Source of the DNA: a virus
Virus record (IMG/VR): IMGVR_UViG_3300009128_000002
DNA length: 64,000 nucleotides
Strand: one strand, 5' to 3'
Position 1 is the first letter of the stretch; each line of letters opens with the position of its first letter. The notes under the pieces were generated by a model, which had not been told where the DNA came from, made no database searches, and saw nothing but the letters and a program-made list of their open reading frames with translations. Below, in pieces: positions 40,823 to 49,900 of this stretch. The position numbers and the translations under genes were made by a program.

Positions 40823-41335
40823 ATGAATTACGATAACTTTAGTTCACAACTCCAAAGTGGTTCTTCTAACTATGCACGCCCTAATCTGTTTGAAGTATCT
40901 ATTGGGTTAGCAGGTCAGGATCAAACGTTTGTATGTAAAGCCGCTTCTTTACCAGCAACTTCTGTTGGTATTGTTGAAGTTCCATATCAGAACCGTAAAT
41001 TAAAAGTTCCTGGCGACAGAACGTTCCAAGACTGGACTGTTACTATTATCAACGACGAGAGAATGTCAATCAGACACCAGTTATTAGAGTGGCAATCAGA
41101 GATCCAAGGTTTCCATTCTTTTGGTAGTGATGGCAACACACCTGATGATCATCATAGGACTTTAACAGTTACACCTAAAGATAGAGCATTAGGTGACTTG
41201 CTAGATTCAGAAGTTGACCTTTACGGTTGGCCTTCAGAGATTGGTGCTATTGACCTTTCTTGGGAAACTACTGATGCTGTTCAAGAGTACACTGTTACTT
41301 TCTCTATTACTCACGATAATAGTGGTAACAACTAA
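40823..41335 (+). CDS. gp19: Tail tube protein gp19
   Basis: ARPNLFEV, KAASLP, GDRTF.DWTVT..ND. Confidence 0.93.
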   Translation: MNYDNFSSQLQSGSSNYARPNLFEVSIGLAGQDQTFVCKAASLPATSVGIVEVPYQNRKLKVPGDRTFQDWTVTIINDERMSIRHQLLEWQSEIQGFHSFGSDGNTPDDHHRTLTVTPKDRALGDLLDSEVDLYGWPSEIGAIDLSWETTDAVQEYTVTFSITHDNSGNN

Positions 41336-41347
41336 TCTATAAACTGT

Positions 41348-41355
41348 TATAAATA
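41348..41355 (+). promoter_or_regulatory. T4-type late promoter
   Basis: TATAAATA upstream of gp20. Confidence 0.8.
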
Positions 41356-41386
41356 TTATTACAATATTATACAGTTAAGGTAAGTT

Positions 41387-42886
41387 ATGGAATTATTTGG
41401 TTATAAGATCGAAAAACAGTTAGGTTCGGCGGTAATTGAAAAGGGGACAAACTCTTTTGTACCGCCGGATTTAAATGACGGTTCCACTGTTATCAACGGA
41501 GGAGGTATTAATGCCTTCTCCACTAATTTTGATATATCTTTCAAAAACCAGAAAGATTTAATTGGACAATACAGAAATACTGCACAAAACCCAGAAGCAG
41601 AACTTGCTATTGATGATGTGGTTAATGAAGCAGTTGTATTAGATCCATATAAAGACGCAGTACAAATACATTTAGAAAAATTAGATGTATCTGAAAATAT
41701 TAAAACGACTATTGCAGAAGAATTTGCAACTATTTGTAAAAAGTTAGAATTCAATAATGCAGGCCCTGATATTTTTAAGCGTTGGTACGTTGATGGTGCA
41801 ATTCACTATCACATTATTTTTGACAATGAAAATGTCAAAAAAGGTATTAAAGAGTTGAGATATATTGATGCTCTAGATATCAAAAAAGTTAAAGAAGTTA
41901 CAAAAGATAAAGATAAAAACGGTATAGAAATAATTAAAGATGTAGAAGAATACTGGTTATACACCACAACAGGTGTAGGAGGTCTTCAAACACTTAAAGT
42001 TGCAGATGAAACTATTGCCGTTGCAGATAGTGGTTTATTTGACAGCGATAAAGAAGTTACATTGTCTTATTTACATAAAGCAATGAAACCTATTAATCAA
42101 CTTCGTATGTTAGAAGATGCGATGGTGATTTACAGAATTACACGTGCTCCAGAGCGTCGTGTGTTTTATATTGATGTTGGTAATCTACCTAAAACAAAGG
42201 CAGAGCAATATCTAAGAAACATTATGAACAAGTTCAAAAACAAAATGGTTTATGATGCTAGTTCAGGTAAAGTCAAAGACGGTAAAGATACTATGTCAAT
42301 GATGGAAGATTTCTGGTTACCACGTAAAGAAGGTGGTAGAGGGACAGAAGTTACTACATTGCCTGGTGGACAAAATTTAGGTGATATGGAAGATGTAATG
42401 TATTTTCAAAAGAAAGTATATCAATCACTTCATGTACCTCCATCACGTATGGAACAAGAACAAACTTGGGGCTTCAGTCGTGGTGGTGAAATTAGTAGAG
42501 ATGAAATTAAGTTTACAAAGTTTGTTACTAAACTAAGAAAACGTTTTTCGGATTTATTTTATACTTTATTGAGAACACAACTTATTGCCAAAGGTATTAT
42601 AAGTAATGGTGAGTGGAATTCGTATAAAGAAAATATTGATTTTATTTTTGCAGATGATGGTTACTTTAGTGAAATAAAGAAACTTGAAATGATGAATACT
42701 AGACTAGAAATGCTTGATACAATTACTAATGGTGAAATGATTGGTCGTTATTATTCTATAGAATGGGTTCGTAAAAACATTCTTATGCAGACTGATGAAG
42801 AAATTAGTGCCATGGATAAATTGATGGCTAAAGAAAAAGAAAATACACCAACAGACGACGATGGTGATGCAGACGATACATATTAG
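41387..42886 (+). CDS. gp20: Portal protein gp20
   Basis: YRITRAPERRVFYIDVGNLPK, EDFWLPRKEGGRGTEVTTLPGG. Confidence 0.98.
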   Translation: MELFGYKIEKQLGSAVIEKGTNSFVPPDLNDGSTVINGGGINAFSTNFDISFKNQKDLIGQYRNTAQNPEAELAIDDVVNEAVVLDPYKDAVQIHLEKLDVSENIKTTIAEEFATICKKLEFNNAGPDIFKRWYVDGAIHYHIIFDNENVKKGIKELRYIDALDIKKVKEVTKDKDKNGIEIIKDVEEYWLYTTTGVGGLQTLKVADETIAVADSGLFDSDKEVTLSYLHKAMKPINQLRMLEDAMVIYRITRAPERRVFYIDVGNLPKTKAEQYLRNIMNKFKNKMVYDASSGKVKDGKDTMSMMEDFWLPRKEGGRGTEVTTLPGGQNLGDMEDVMYFQKKVYQSLHVPPSRMEQEQTWGFSRGGEISRDEIKFTKFVTKLRKRFSDLFYTLLRTQLIAKGIISNGEWNSYKENIDFIFADDGYFSEIKKLEMMNTRLEMLDTITNGEMIGRYYSIEWVRKNILMQTDEEISAMDKLMAKEKENTPTDDDGDADDTY

Positions 42887-42894
42887 GAGAAATT

Positions 42895-43206
42895 ATGAAT
42901 AATTTAGAAAAAATGATCAAATATGCAAGATCTAAAAAAGCGAATGATTTTAAAAGTGCATTTAATAGTGAATTGGCATCACGTGTTGCAGACAAATTAG
43001 ACACAATGAAACGTTCTATTGCAACTACTTTGTTTGCGAAAGAAGACGTTGAAGAAGTTACTGAAGAAGAACGTGATAAATGTAAACACTTAAAAGCAAT
43101 TTACGATAAGAATAAAGAAGACGTTGCTGATGGCGAAATGGCAAGTAACGATCCTGATTTAGCACGTTCTCGTGAAAGATATAAAAAATGTAGACGTTCA
43201 ATGTAA
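42895..43206 (+). CDS. Small prohead core protein candidate (gp67 position)
   Basis: Between gp20 and gp21; RBS AGGAG. Confidence 0.5.
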   Translation: MNNLEKMIKYARSKKANDFKSAFNSELASRVADKLDTMKRSIATTLFAKEDVEEVTEEERDKCKHLKAIYDKNKEDVADGEMASNDPDLARSRERYKKCRRSM

Positions 43207-43218
43207 ACTGGAGTTAGT

Positions 43219-43692
43219 ATGAAATCATTCAATACTTTAAGGGAAGAAACTACACAGGAAACATATTTTGCATTTTCTGAAGATGAATGGAATTCTCTTT
43301 CCGAAGAAGAAAAAGACGAATACCTTGATATTGAAGAAGATATTGAAGGTGAATTTGAAGCAGAAAATGGTGACGCCATTTGGGTTATAGGGGGTGAAGA
43401 ATACGTTTTAGTATCTGACGAAGATATTGAAGAAGCACGTGGTTTCAATGGACGCTCTAAAAGACAAGTACACAAAACACAGTTGAAAAAACGTCGTAAC
43501 AGAGGTCGTAACCGTAGAGAAAAAATGAAGATGAAGATTAAAAGAAGAAAATCTTCATTTAAAGTAAAACGCAAAAGACTTGAGAAAAAACGTCACAGAA
43601 AGTTTGGTGGTGGTGATATGTCAGGTAAAAGTGGAAAAATGGGTGCCGCCAGAAAACGTCGTGGTGGTCGATCTATTTCATATAAAGGATAA
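43219..43692 (+). CDS. Prohead core/internal protein candidate (gp68 position); acidic N-half, very basic C-half
   Basis: Synteny; MKSF..LREE start; K/R-rich tail. Confidence 0.55.
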   Translation: MKSFNTLREETTQETYFAFSEDEWNSLSEEEKDEYLDIEEDIEGEFEAENGDAIWVIGGEEYVLVSDEDIEEARGFNGRSKRQVHKTQLKKRRNRGRNRREKMKMKIKRRKSSFKVKRKRLEKKRHRKFGGGDMSGKSGKMGAARKRRGGRSISYKG

Positions 43693-43697
43693 CAATT

Positions 43698-44339
43698 ATG
43701 AGACTAATATCTGAAATTAATGAGCAAGTAAATTACCTAACAGAAGGTAAAGGAAAAGACTTATACATAGAAGGTGTGTTTTTACAAGCAGATTTGAAGA
43801 ATCGTAACGGACGTGTTTATCCTGGCTCTATTATGGAAAAGGAAGTTAAACGTTACACAGAAACATACATTGACAAGAAACGTGCTTTTGGTGAGTTAGG
43901 ACATCCTGATGGACCTACTATTAATCTTGACCGTGTATCACATATGATTACAGAACTAAAGAAAGATGGTTCAAATTATATTGGTAAGGCAAAGATTACA
44001 GATACACCACACGGAAATATTGTTAAGAATCTTATTAATGAAGGTGCCCAACTTGGTGTTTCGTCAAGAGGTATGGGAACACTGAAAGCAAATAAGAAAG
44101 GAATTCAGGAAGTACAAGGTGACTTTTATCTTGCTACTGCCGCTGACATTGTAGCAGATCCATCTGCACCAGATGCCTTTGTAAATGGTATTATGGAAGG
44201 TAAAGAATGGGTTTGGGATAATGGTATTATTAAAGAACAAGAAATTGCAGAGATGAAAAAAGAAGTTGAAAAAACTAGCAAAAACCGTTTAACGGCGTTA
44301 GAAGCACGTATTTTCAATGAATTTATCAATAAACTGTAA
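43698..44339 (+). CDS. gp21: Prohead protease gp21
   Basis: NRNGRVYP, GELGHP, GVSSRG.G, DIVADPSAP.AFV. Confidence 0.96.
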   Translation: MRLISEINEQVNYLTEGKGKDLYIEGVFLQADLKNRNGRVYPGSIMEKEVKRYTETYIDKKRAFGELGHPDGPTINLDRVSHMITELKKDGSNYIGKAKITDTPHGNIVKNLINEGAQLGVSSRGMGTLKANKKGIQEVQGDFYLATAADIVADPSAPDAFVNGIMEGKEWVWDNGIIKEQEIAEMKKEVEKTSKNRLTALEARIFNEFINKL

Positions 44340-44369
44340 TAATTTGTTGTTTGTTAAAGTAATAAGTTT

Positions 44370-44377
44370 TATAAATA
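44370..44377 (+). promoter_or_regulatory. T4-type late promoter
   Basis: TATAAATA upstream of gp22. Confidence 0.8.
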
Positions 44378-44438
44378 ATAGTAATTAGAAATAAAACTAA
44401 TTGAAGATTATAATCAAAAATAATTAGGAGAACCTAAG

Positions 44439-45536
44439 ATGAAGTTAAAAACAGAAACTGGCGAAATGTTAGTTTTAGATGAAGCACAGGAATTTTATAT
44501 TTCTGAAGATGCTACATCTGATACTTCAATTGAGGCGTCTGAAGTTGATGCATTATTAGAATCTGGCGATTTAGAAATTGTTGCTGAAGATACTGATGAT
44601 GTAACAGAAGGTGCTGCTGAACCTAAAGCGAAAAATGTAACTAAAAAGAAAAAGGTAATTCCTGGCTCTGGTGAAGTTATGGAAGATGACGACGAAGATG
44701 AAGACAAAGACGACATCGACGAAGACGCTGATGATGCAGACGAAGACGACGAAGTTGAAGAAGACAAAAAAGTTGCTAAAGAAGAAGTGGAATTAGAAGT
44801 TGACGTTCAAGAAGATATGGACGCATTATTCGACGGTCAAGAATTGACTGAAGACTTTAAAGCACGTACAACTTTAGTATTTGAAACTGCTGTTAAGGCA
44901 AAAGTTAAAGAAAACCTATCTGCTATCGAAGAAAAAATGGAAGCAGAATTAACTGAAAAAACAGACGCACTTTTAGAAGATGTGACTGCTAAGTTAGACG
45001 GTTACTTGGACTACATGGTAAACGAGTGGGTTGAAGAAAATAAACTTGCTGTTGAAAATGGTCTTAAAAATGAAATCTTAGAAGGTTTCGTTGGTGGTCT
45101 ACAAACATTATTCGCAGAAAATTACATTGAAGTTCCAGAGGACAAACATAACATCCTTGACGAACAAGCAAATGAAATTGCTAGTCTTAAAGAAGAGTTA
45201 GATGCTGAAATGAATAAAAACATTGAAGCACGTAAGTCTTTAGATGAAGCAACTGCTAAAGAAATTTTTGGTACAGTTTCTGAAGATTTGACTATGACAC
45301 AAGTAGAGAAGTTAAATTCTCTTGCTGAAGGTGTTGTATTTGAAGACGCTGAATCTTATACTGAAAAGTTAGAAACTTTGAAGGAAACTTACTTTCCTTC
45401 TGAAGAAAAGAAAGAAGAAGTAATTGCTGAAGGTAACACAGAAGTAAACACTAATGACGGAGAGATGAGCGATTCTATGAAACGCATCGTTGATTCGCTT
45501 TCATCAACAACCACGAAAAGCATCTTAGGTGCTTAA
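44439..45536 (+). CDS. gp22: Prohead scaffold protein gp22
   Basis: Acidic coiled coil; LTEDFK, FETAV, YLDY...EW..EN; between gp21 and gp23. Confidence 0.92.
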   Translation: MKLKTETGEMLVLDEAQEFYISEDATSDTSIEASEVDALLESGDLEIVAEDTDDVTEGAAEPKAKNVTKKKKVIPGSGEVMEDDDEDEDKDDIDEDADDADEDDEVEEDKKVAKEEVELEVDVQEDMDALFDGQELTEDFKARTTLVFETAVKAKVKENLSAIEEKMEAELTEKTDALLEDVTAKLDGYLDYMVNEWVEENKLAVENGLKNEILEGFVGGLQTLFAENYIEVPEDKHNILDEQANEIASLKEELDAEMNKNIEARKSLDEATAKEIFGTVSEDLTMTQVEKLNSLAEGVVFEDAESYTEKLETLKETYFPSEEKKEEVIAEGNTEVNTNDGEMSDSMKRIVDSLSSTTTKSILGA

Positions 45537-45567
45537 CATTTATAGTTAATATTAAGGAGAAAACAAA

Positions 45568-46761
45568 ATGTTTTTATCAGAAGAAATTAAAGATAAGTGG
45601 GAGCCGGTTATGGAGCACGCAGATGTACCTGCAATTAAAGATGCTACAAAACGAGCTATTACACTTCGTCTTTTAGAAAATCAACAGACAGCTTTAGATG
45701 AAGCTAATGTTACAGGTGCTAATGTAGATAACTGGGATCCAGTTCTTATTTCATTAGTTCGTCGTACTATGCCTAAACTTATGGCATATGACACAATTGG
45801 TGTACAACCAATGAGTGGTCCAACTGGTCTTATCTTTGCAATGAAATCTCATTACACTGGTAACGCCGCTACTGGTGCTGAAGCTCTTACTACTACTGCA
45901 GGTGCTCCAGATACAGATTTTGCTGGTGACGATGGTACTGCTGACGCAATGACTACTGCACAAGGTGAGAATCTTGGTGGTTTTGATGGTGGTGCAACTA
46001 CTTACAATGAGATGTCATTCTCAATTGAAAAGTCAAGTGTTACTGCTAAAACTAAGGCACTTAAAGCCAAGTACTCTTTAGAACTTGCACAAGACCTTAA
46101 AGCAATTCATGGTTTAGACGCTGAGTCTGAATTAAGTAACATTCTTTCAGGTGAAATTCTTGCTGAAATCAACCGTGAGATTATCAATACTATTAGTTCA
46201 CAAGCTACTGCTGGTGCTACTGCTGGTACTACTACTGCTGGTACTTTCGACGTTGCTGATGCAGTTGATAACCGTGGTGCTCGTTGGGGTGGTGAACGTT
46301 ATAAGTCACTACTTGTACAGATTAACAAGGAAGCAAACTTAATTGCTAAGAACACTGGTCGTGGTCGTGGTAACTGGTTAATCGTATCTCCAGATGTTGC
46401 ATCTGCTCTAGATATGACTTCTTCACTTGCTGAACCTAATATGTCACTTGACAACGGTTCACAACCTGACGTTACTGACAACGTGTTTGCTGGTACATTA
46501 GGTGGTAAGTTTAAGGTATTTGTTGACCAATTTGCTTCTAGTGATTCAGTAATCGTTGGTTTTAAAGGTTCAAATATGTATGATGCTGGTATGTTCTACT
46601 GCCCATACGTTCCATTACAGTTGATGAAATCAATTGGTGAAGAGGACTTCCAACCACGTCTTGGTTTCAAGACTCGTTACGGAATTACTATGAATCCATT
46701 TGCTTCTGGTGCTGCTGGTGCAAACCCTTACTTCCGTAAGTTTACTGTTACTAACCTGTAA
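45568..46761 (+). CDS. gp23: Major capsid protein gp23
   Basis: GVQPMSGPTGLIFA, ELAQDLKAIHGLDAE.EL, FYCPYVPL, FQPRLGFKTRYG. Confidence 0.98.
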   Translation: MFLSEEIKDKWEPVMEHADVPAIKDATKRAITLRLLENQQTALDEANVTGANVDNWDPVLISLVRRTMPKLMAYDTIGVQPMSGPTGLIFAMKSHYTGNAATGAEALTTTAGAPDTDFAGDDGTADAMTTAQGENLGGFDGGATTYNEMSFSIEKSSVTAKTKALKAKYSLELAQDLKAIHGLDAESELSNILSGEILAEINREIINTISSQATAGATAGTTTAGTFDVADAVDNRGARWGGERYKSLLVQINKEANLIAKNTGRGRGNWLIVSPDVASALDMTSSLAEPNMSLDNGSQPDVTDNVFAGTLGGKFKVFVDQFASSDSVIVGFKGSNMYDAGMFYCPYVPLQLMKSIGEEDFQPRLGFKTRYGITMNPFASGAAGANPYFRKFTVTNL

Positions 46762-46793
46762 TAGTTAAAAAGTTCCCCTACCTTGGGAAACCG

Positions 46794-46820
46794 TTAAACC
46801 CCCTTAATTGGGGGTTTTTT
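46794..46820 (+). terminator. Intrinsic terminator after gp23
   Basis: aaaccccc-ttaatt-gggggtttttt. Confidence 0.88.
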
Positions 46821-46839
46821 ATTCAATGAAATAAAACAT

Positions 46840-46847
46840 TATAAATA
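46840..46847 (+). promoter_or_regulatory. T4-type late promoter of gp3
   Basis: TATAAATA 5 nt before the ATG. Confidence 0.75.
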
Positions 46848-46852
46848 ATGGT

Positions 46853-47344
46853 ATGAGTGAAAGATTATCCCCACAAAAAATTAACTTTGCTAAATCAACT
46901 AATTACAAATTAGTTATTAATGCAATTCCAGGCACTACTTTTTGGTTGACTACTGCAAATATTCCAACAATATCGGCAAACGAAGTACCAATCCCAAATC
47001 CAATACATGGTCATACATACCAACCAACAACTACAACGATTTATGCACCATTAATGTGTACATTCTTAGTTGATGAAGATTTTAGTAATTATATGGAACT
47101 GTTAAACTGGATAAATATGACTAATCACCCAGACACTTCAAAAAGGGTAGACTCAAAAGTAGATATAAGAACTACAGGTAGTTTGCATATTTTATCTAAC
47201 AATAAAAATACATCAGATACTGTATTTACATTTCATAATATATTTCCTACTATTCTAGGCGAGATCCAATTTAACAACGATCAGGCAGAAGAGGTAATAA
47301 CAGACATAACACTACAATTCGATTATATGACAGTTGATACCTAA
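46853..47344 (+). CDS. gp3: Tail completion / tube terminator gp3
   Basis: ANIP.I, FLVDEDFSNY.E...W, F.NIFPT.LG; position after gp23. Confidence 0.8.
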   Translation: MSERLSPQKINFAKSTNYKLVINAIPGTTFWLTTANIPTISANEVPIPNPIHGHTYQPTTTTIYAPLMCTFLVDEDFSNYMELLNWINMTNHPDTSKRVDSKVDIRTTGSLHILSNNKNTSDTVFTFHNIFPTILGEIQFNNDQAEEVITDITLQFDYMTVDT

Positions 47345-47347
47345 AAT

Positions 47348-47376
47348 TTGACTTTTTTAATATATTATGGTATAAT
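47348..47376 (+). promoter_or_regulatory. Sigma70-type promoter of uvsY
   Basis: TTGACT-17 nt-TATAAT with extended -10 TG. Confidence 0.8.
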
Positions 47377-47382
47377 AGGTAT

Positions 47383-47793
47383 ATGAACTTAGAAGAACTT
47401 GAAAAACAGGTCGATAAAGACCTATACATAAATGAAACTGTACTTGCTAAAGAGTCATTAGCAACCCCAAATAAACATAATAAATACTTAAAATTACTTT
47501 TAAGGGAACGTTTGAAATTAAAGAAATTAAAAACCGACCTATATAGAGTATCATTGGGTAGAACTAACTATTATAATGGAAACGATCCAGATCCATATGA
47601 GTATGTACTTAAAGATAGGGAAGTTAAAGAATATGTAAAAGTAGACCCAATGGTTGTTGAAGCAGAAGCACGTGTTGTTATGCAAGAAGAAATGGTTAAG
47701 TATTTAGAAGAGATTTGTAAAATGTTTTCTGTTCGTGGTTTTGCAATTAAGAATGCGATAGATTTTATGAAATTTACACAAGGTGAAGTATAG
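47383..47793 (+). CDS. uvsY: Recombination mediator UvsY
   Basis: ESL.TP..H.KYL, YY.G, RGFAIKNAIDFMKF..G. Confidence 0.88.
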   Translation: MNLEELEKQVDKDLYINETVLAKESLATPNKHNKYLKLLLRERLKLKKLKTDLYRVSLGRTNYYNGNDPDPYEYVLKDREVKEYVKVDPMVVEAEARVVMQEEMVKYLEEICKMFSVRGFAIKNAIDFMKFTQGEV

Positions 47794-47799
47794 TATATA

Positions 47800-49278
47800 A
47801 TGAGTGATATAGTAGTACACATCAAAGATGATGTATTTTTAAATGTAGAATGTGAGTCAGGTATTGGACATGAATTATCCGATTTCTTTACATTTGAAGT
47901 ACCTGGCTATAAATTTATGCCAGCATATCGTGCTAGAGCATGGGACGGTAAAATACGTTTGTTCAATGTATTTGGTGGTGAGGTTTATGTAGGTCTTTTA
48001 CCCTATATTATTGAGTTTGCAAAACGACGTGAATATACACTAGAATACCCTAAAAAACACATTATTCAAACCCTTAAATCCACTGAGGACTTCGTTAAGG
48101 GGTTAAATCCCCACGTTAATTCGTCCCCTATATTACCATACGAGTATCAAATAAAAGCCATTAATCACGCAATTAACAACGATAGGGCACTTTTACTATC
48201 ACCAACTTCATCTGGTAAGTCGTTTATGATATATGGGTTAACACAATATTACCGTAAAGAACAAGACCGTAAAATTCTTATTATTGTACCTACAACATCA
48301 CTTGTTGAACAACTATACAAAGACTTTGCTGATTATGCTTCTGAACTAGACCCTACGTTTTCTGACGACAACGTTCATAGAATCTATTCAGGCAAAGAAA
48401 AAGAAACTGATAAACAAATCGTAATCACAACGTGGCAATCTATTTACAAATTAAAGAAACCATTCTTTGAACAATTTGGTTGTGTTATTGGTGATGAAGC
48501 ACATAACTTCAAAGCAAAATCATTAACGTCTATTTTAACTAAGATGACAGATTGTAAATATAAGTTTGGTTTTACTGGTACACTTGATGGTACAACTACG
48601 CATAAATTAGTGCTTGAGGGATTGTTTGGTGCTGTTAAAAAAGTTATCACAACGAAACAATTAATGGACGATGAAACAATTACAAAATTACATATTGAAG
48701 CAATCATGTTGAAATATAAAGATGATGAACGCAAATTTGTAAAACAATTAACATACCAAGAAGAAATTGATTGGTTGATTGACCACCCTAAACGAAATAA
48801 ATTTATTTGTGACTTGTCTTTGAGTAGAACTAAAAACACATTAGTGTTATTTCAATTCGTAGAAAAGCACGGAAAGAAGTTATATGAATATCTTAAAAAG
48901 AAAGAACCAGAACGACCAATATTTTTCGTATCGGGAAACGTTGGAGTCGATGTTCGTGAGGAAATACGAGCAATCACCGAGAGTAGTACAAATGCTATTA
49001 TCGTCGCTTCATATGGGACTTATTCTACTGGTATCAATATTCGCAATCTTCATAACATTATTTTTGCTCATCCTAGTAAATCCCGTATTAGGAATTTACA
49101 ATCGGTTGGTAGAGGTTTACGAAAATCTGAAGGAAAGGAAGTAGCAACGTTATTTGATTTGAGTGACGATTTGTCTTGGAAGAAACACAAAAACTTTTCA
49201 TTGAAACATTTCATTGAAAGGGTAAAAATTTATAACACAGAAAAATTTGATTACAAACTAAGGAGCATTAAATTATGA
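47800..49278 (+). CDS. uvsW: SF2 helicase UvsW
   Basis: WDGKIRLF, PTSSGKS, DEAH, FTGT, QSVGRGLR. Confidence 0.96.
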   Translation: MSDIVVHIKDDVFLNVECESGIGHELSDFFTFEVPGYKFMPAYRARAWDGKIRLFNVFGGEVYVGLLPYIIEFAKRREYTLEYPKKHIIQTLKSTEDFVKGLNPHVNSSPILPYEYQIKAINHAINNDRALLLSPTSSGKSFMIYGLTQYYRKEQDRKILIIVPTTSLVEQLYKDFADYASELDPTFSDDNVHRIYSGKEKETDKQIVITTWQSIYKLKKPFFEQFGCVIGDEAHNFKAKSLTSILTKMTDCKYKFGFTGTLDGTTTHKLVLEGLFGAVKKVITTKQLMDDETITKLHIEAIMLKYKDDERKFVKQLTYQEEIDWLIDHPKRNKFICDLSLSRTKNTLVLFQFVEKHGKKLYEYLKKKEPERPIFFVSGNVGVDVREEIRAITESSTNAIIVASYGTYSTGINIRNLHNIIFAHPSKSRIRNLQSVGRGLRKSEGKEVATLFDLSDDLSWKKHKNFSLKHFIERVKIYNTEKFDYKLRSIKL

Positions 49279-49577
49279 ATATATCAGTAGTACATATGAA
49301 ACATACAGGCACAGAAGTTATTTGTGACCTAATTGAAATGAATGAAGAAAATATGGCAATCACTATCAAAGACCCACAGACGATTGGTGTAGTATCCCAC
49401 GATGACCAGGGCGCACAATTAGGATTTACACCATTTTTAATGAGTTGTAAGGACAATATTATACATTTAGCACTTCAAGACATTTTATTCATTGCAGAAG
49501 CAAACCCACAAATCGCAGAACAATATCAAAGTATGTTTTCTCCAATTGATCTACCAAGTCAGAAAATAATCACATAA
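49275..49577 (+). CDS. Conserved hypothetical protein (Sm-like fold candidate)
   Basis: K.TG.EVIC.L N-terminus; usual position downstream of uvsW. Confidence 0.65.
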   Translation: MNISVVHMKHTGTEVICDLIEMNEENMAITIKDPQTIGVVSHDDQGAQLGFTPFLMSCKDNIIHLALQDILFIAEANPQIAEQYQSMFSPIDLPSQKIIT

Positions 49578-49582
49578 ATCGC

Positions 49583-49636
49583 TTGACTTTTGTATAAGTA
49601 TAGTGTATAATATATTGAAAATTACACATATAAATA
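49583..49636 (+). promoter_or_regulatory. Sigma70 promoter plus late promoter firing into a non-coding interval
   Basis: TTGACT(49583)-17 nt-TATAAT(49606) with TG extension; TATAAATA at 49629-49636; no annotated + strand ORF before 50203. Confidence 0.8.
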
Positions 49637-49640
49637 CAAA

Positions 49641-49880
49641 TTCTGCCTAGAACGTGAAAACTAGGATAGTAGCGAAAGTGAAGTGAGCAGACTATAATAT
49701 CTTAAACGTAATTAGATTGAGGTCTGTAATTTGATGCCAACGTGTAATGGCTAAATAATTAAAATAATCGTGTCAGGACTCTCACCACATAATGGTATCA
49801 TATAGTCCAGTAGAGATGGGTGAATTGACATTCAGTGGCAAATAGGAATCCGTAACCTATCTCTAGGGATTATAGTGTGT
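49641..49880 (+). ncRNA. Candidate structured non-coding RNA (family not recognised)
   Basis: Stems cctag/ctagg, actataat/attatagt (49691/49869), tagagatggg/cctatctcta (49811/49856), ggact/agtcc, gcca/tggc, tgaat/attca; directly downstream of two promoters. Confidence 0.45.
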
Positions 49881-49900
49881 ATAGAAGTTAACTTCAAGAT

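Noticed and set aside
49686-49810. Group I intron-like core (cagacta ... atatagtcc resembling the R/S elements of P7)
   Set aside because: P7 bulge geometry does not fit, only about 45 nt upstream for P1-P6, and no interrupted gene flanks it
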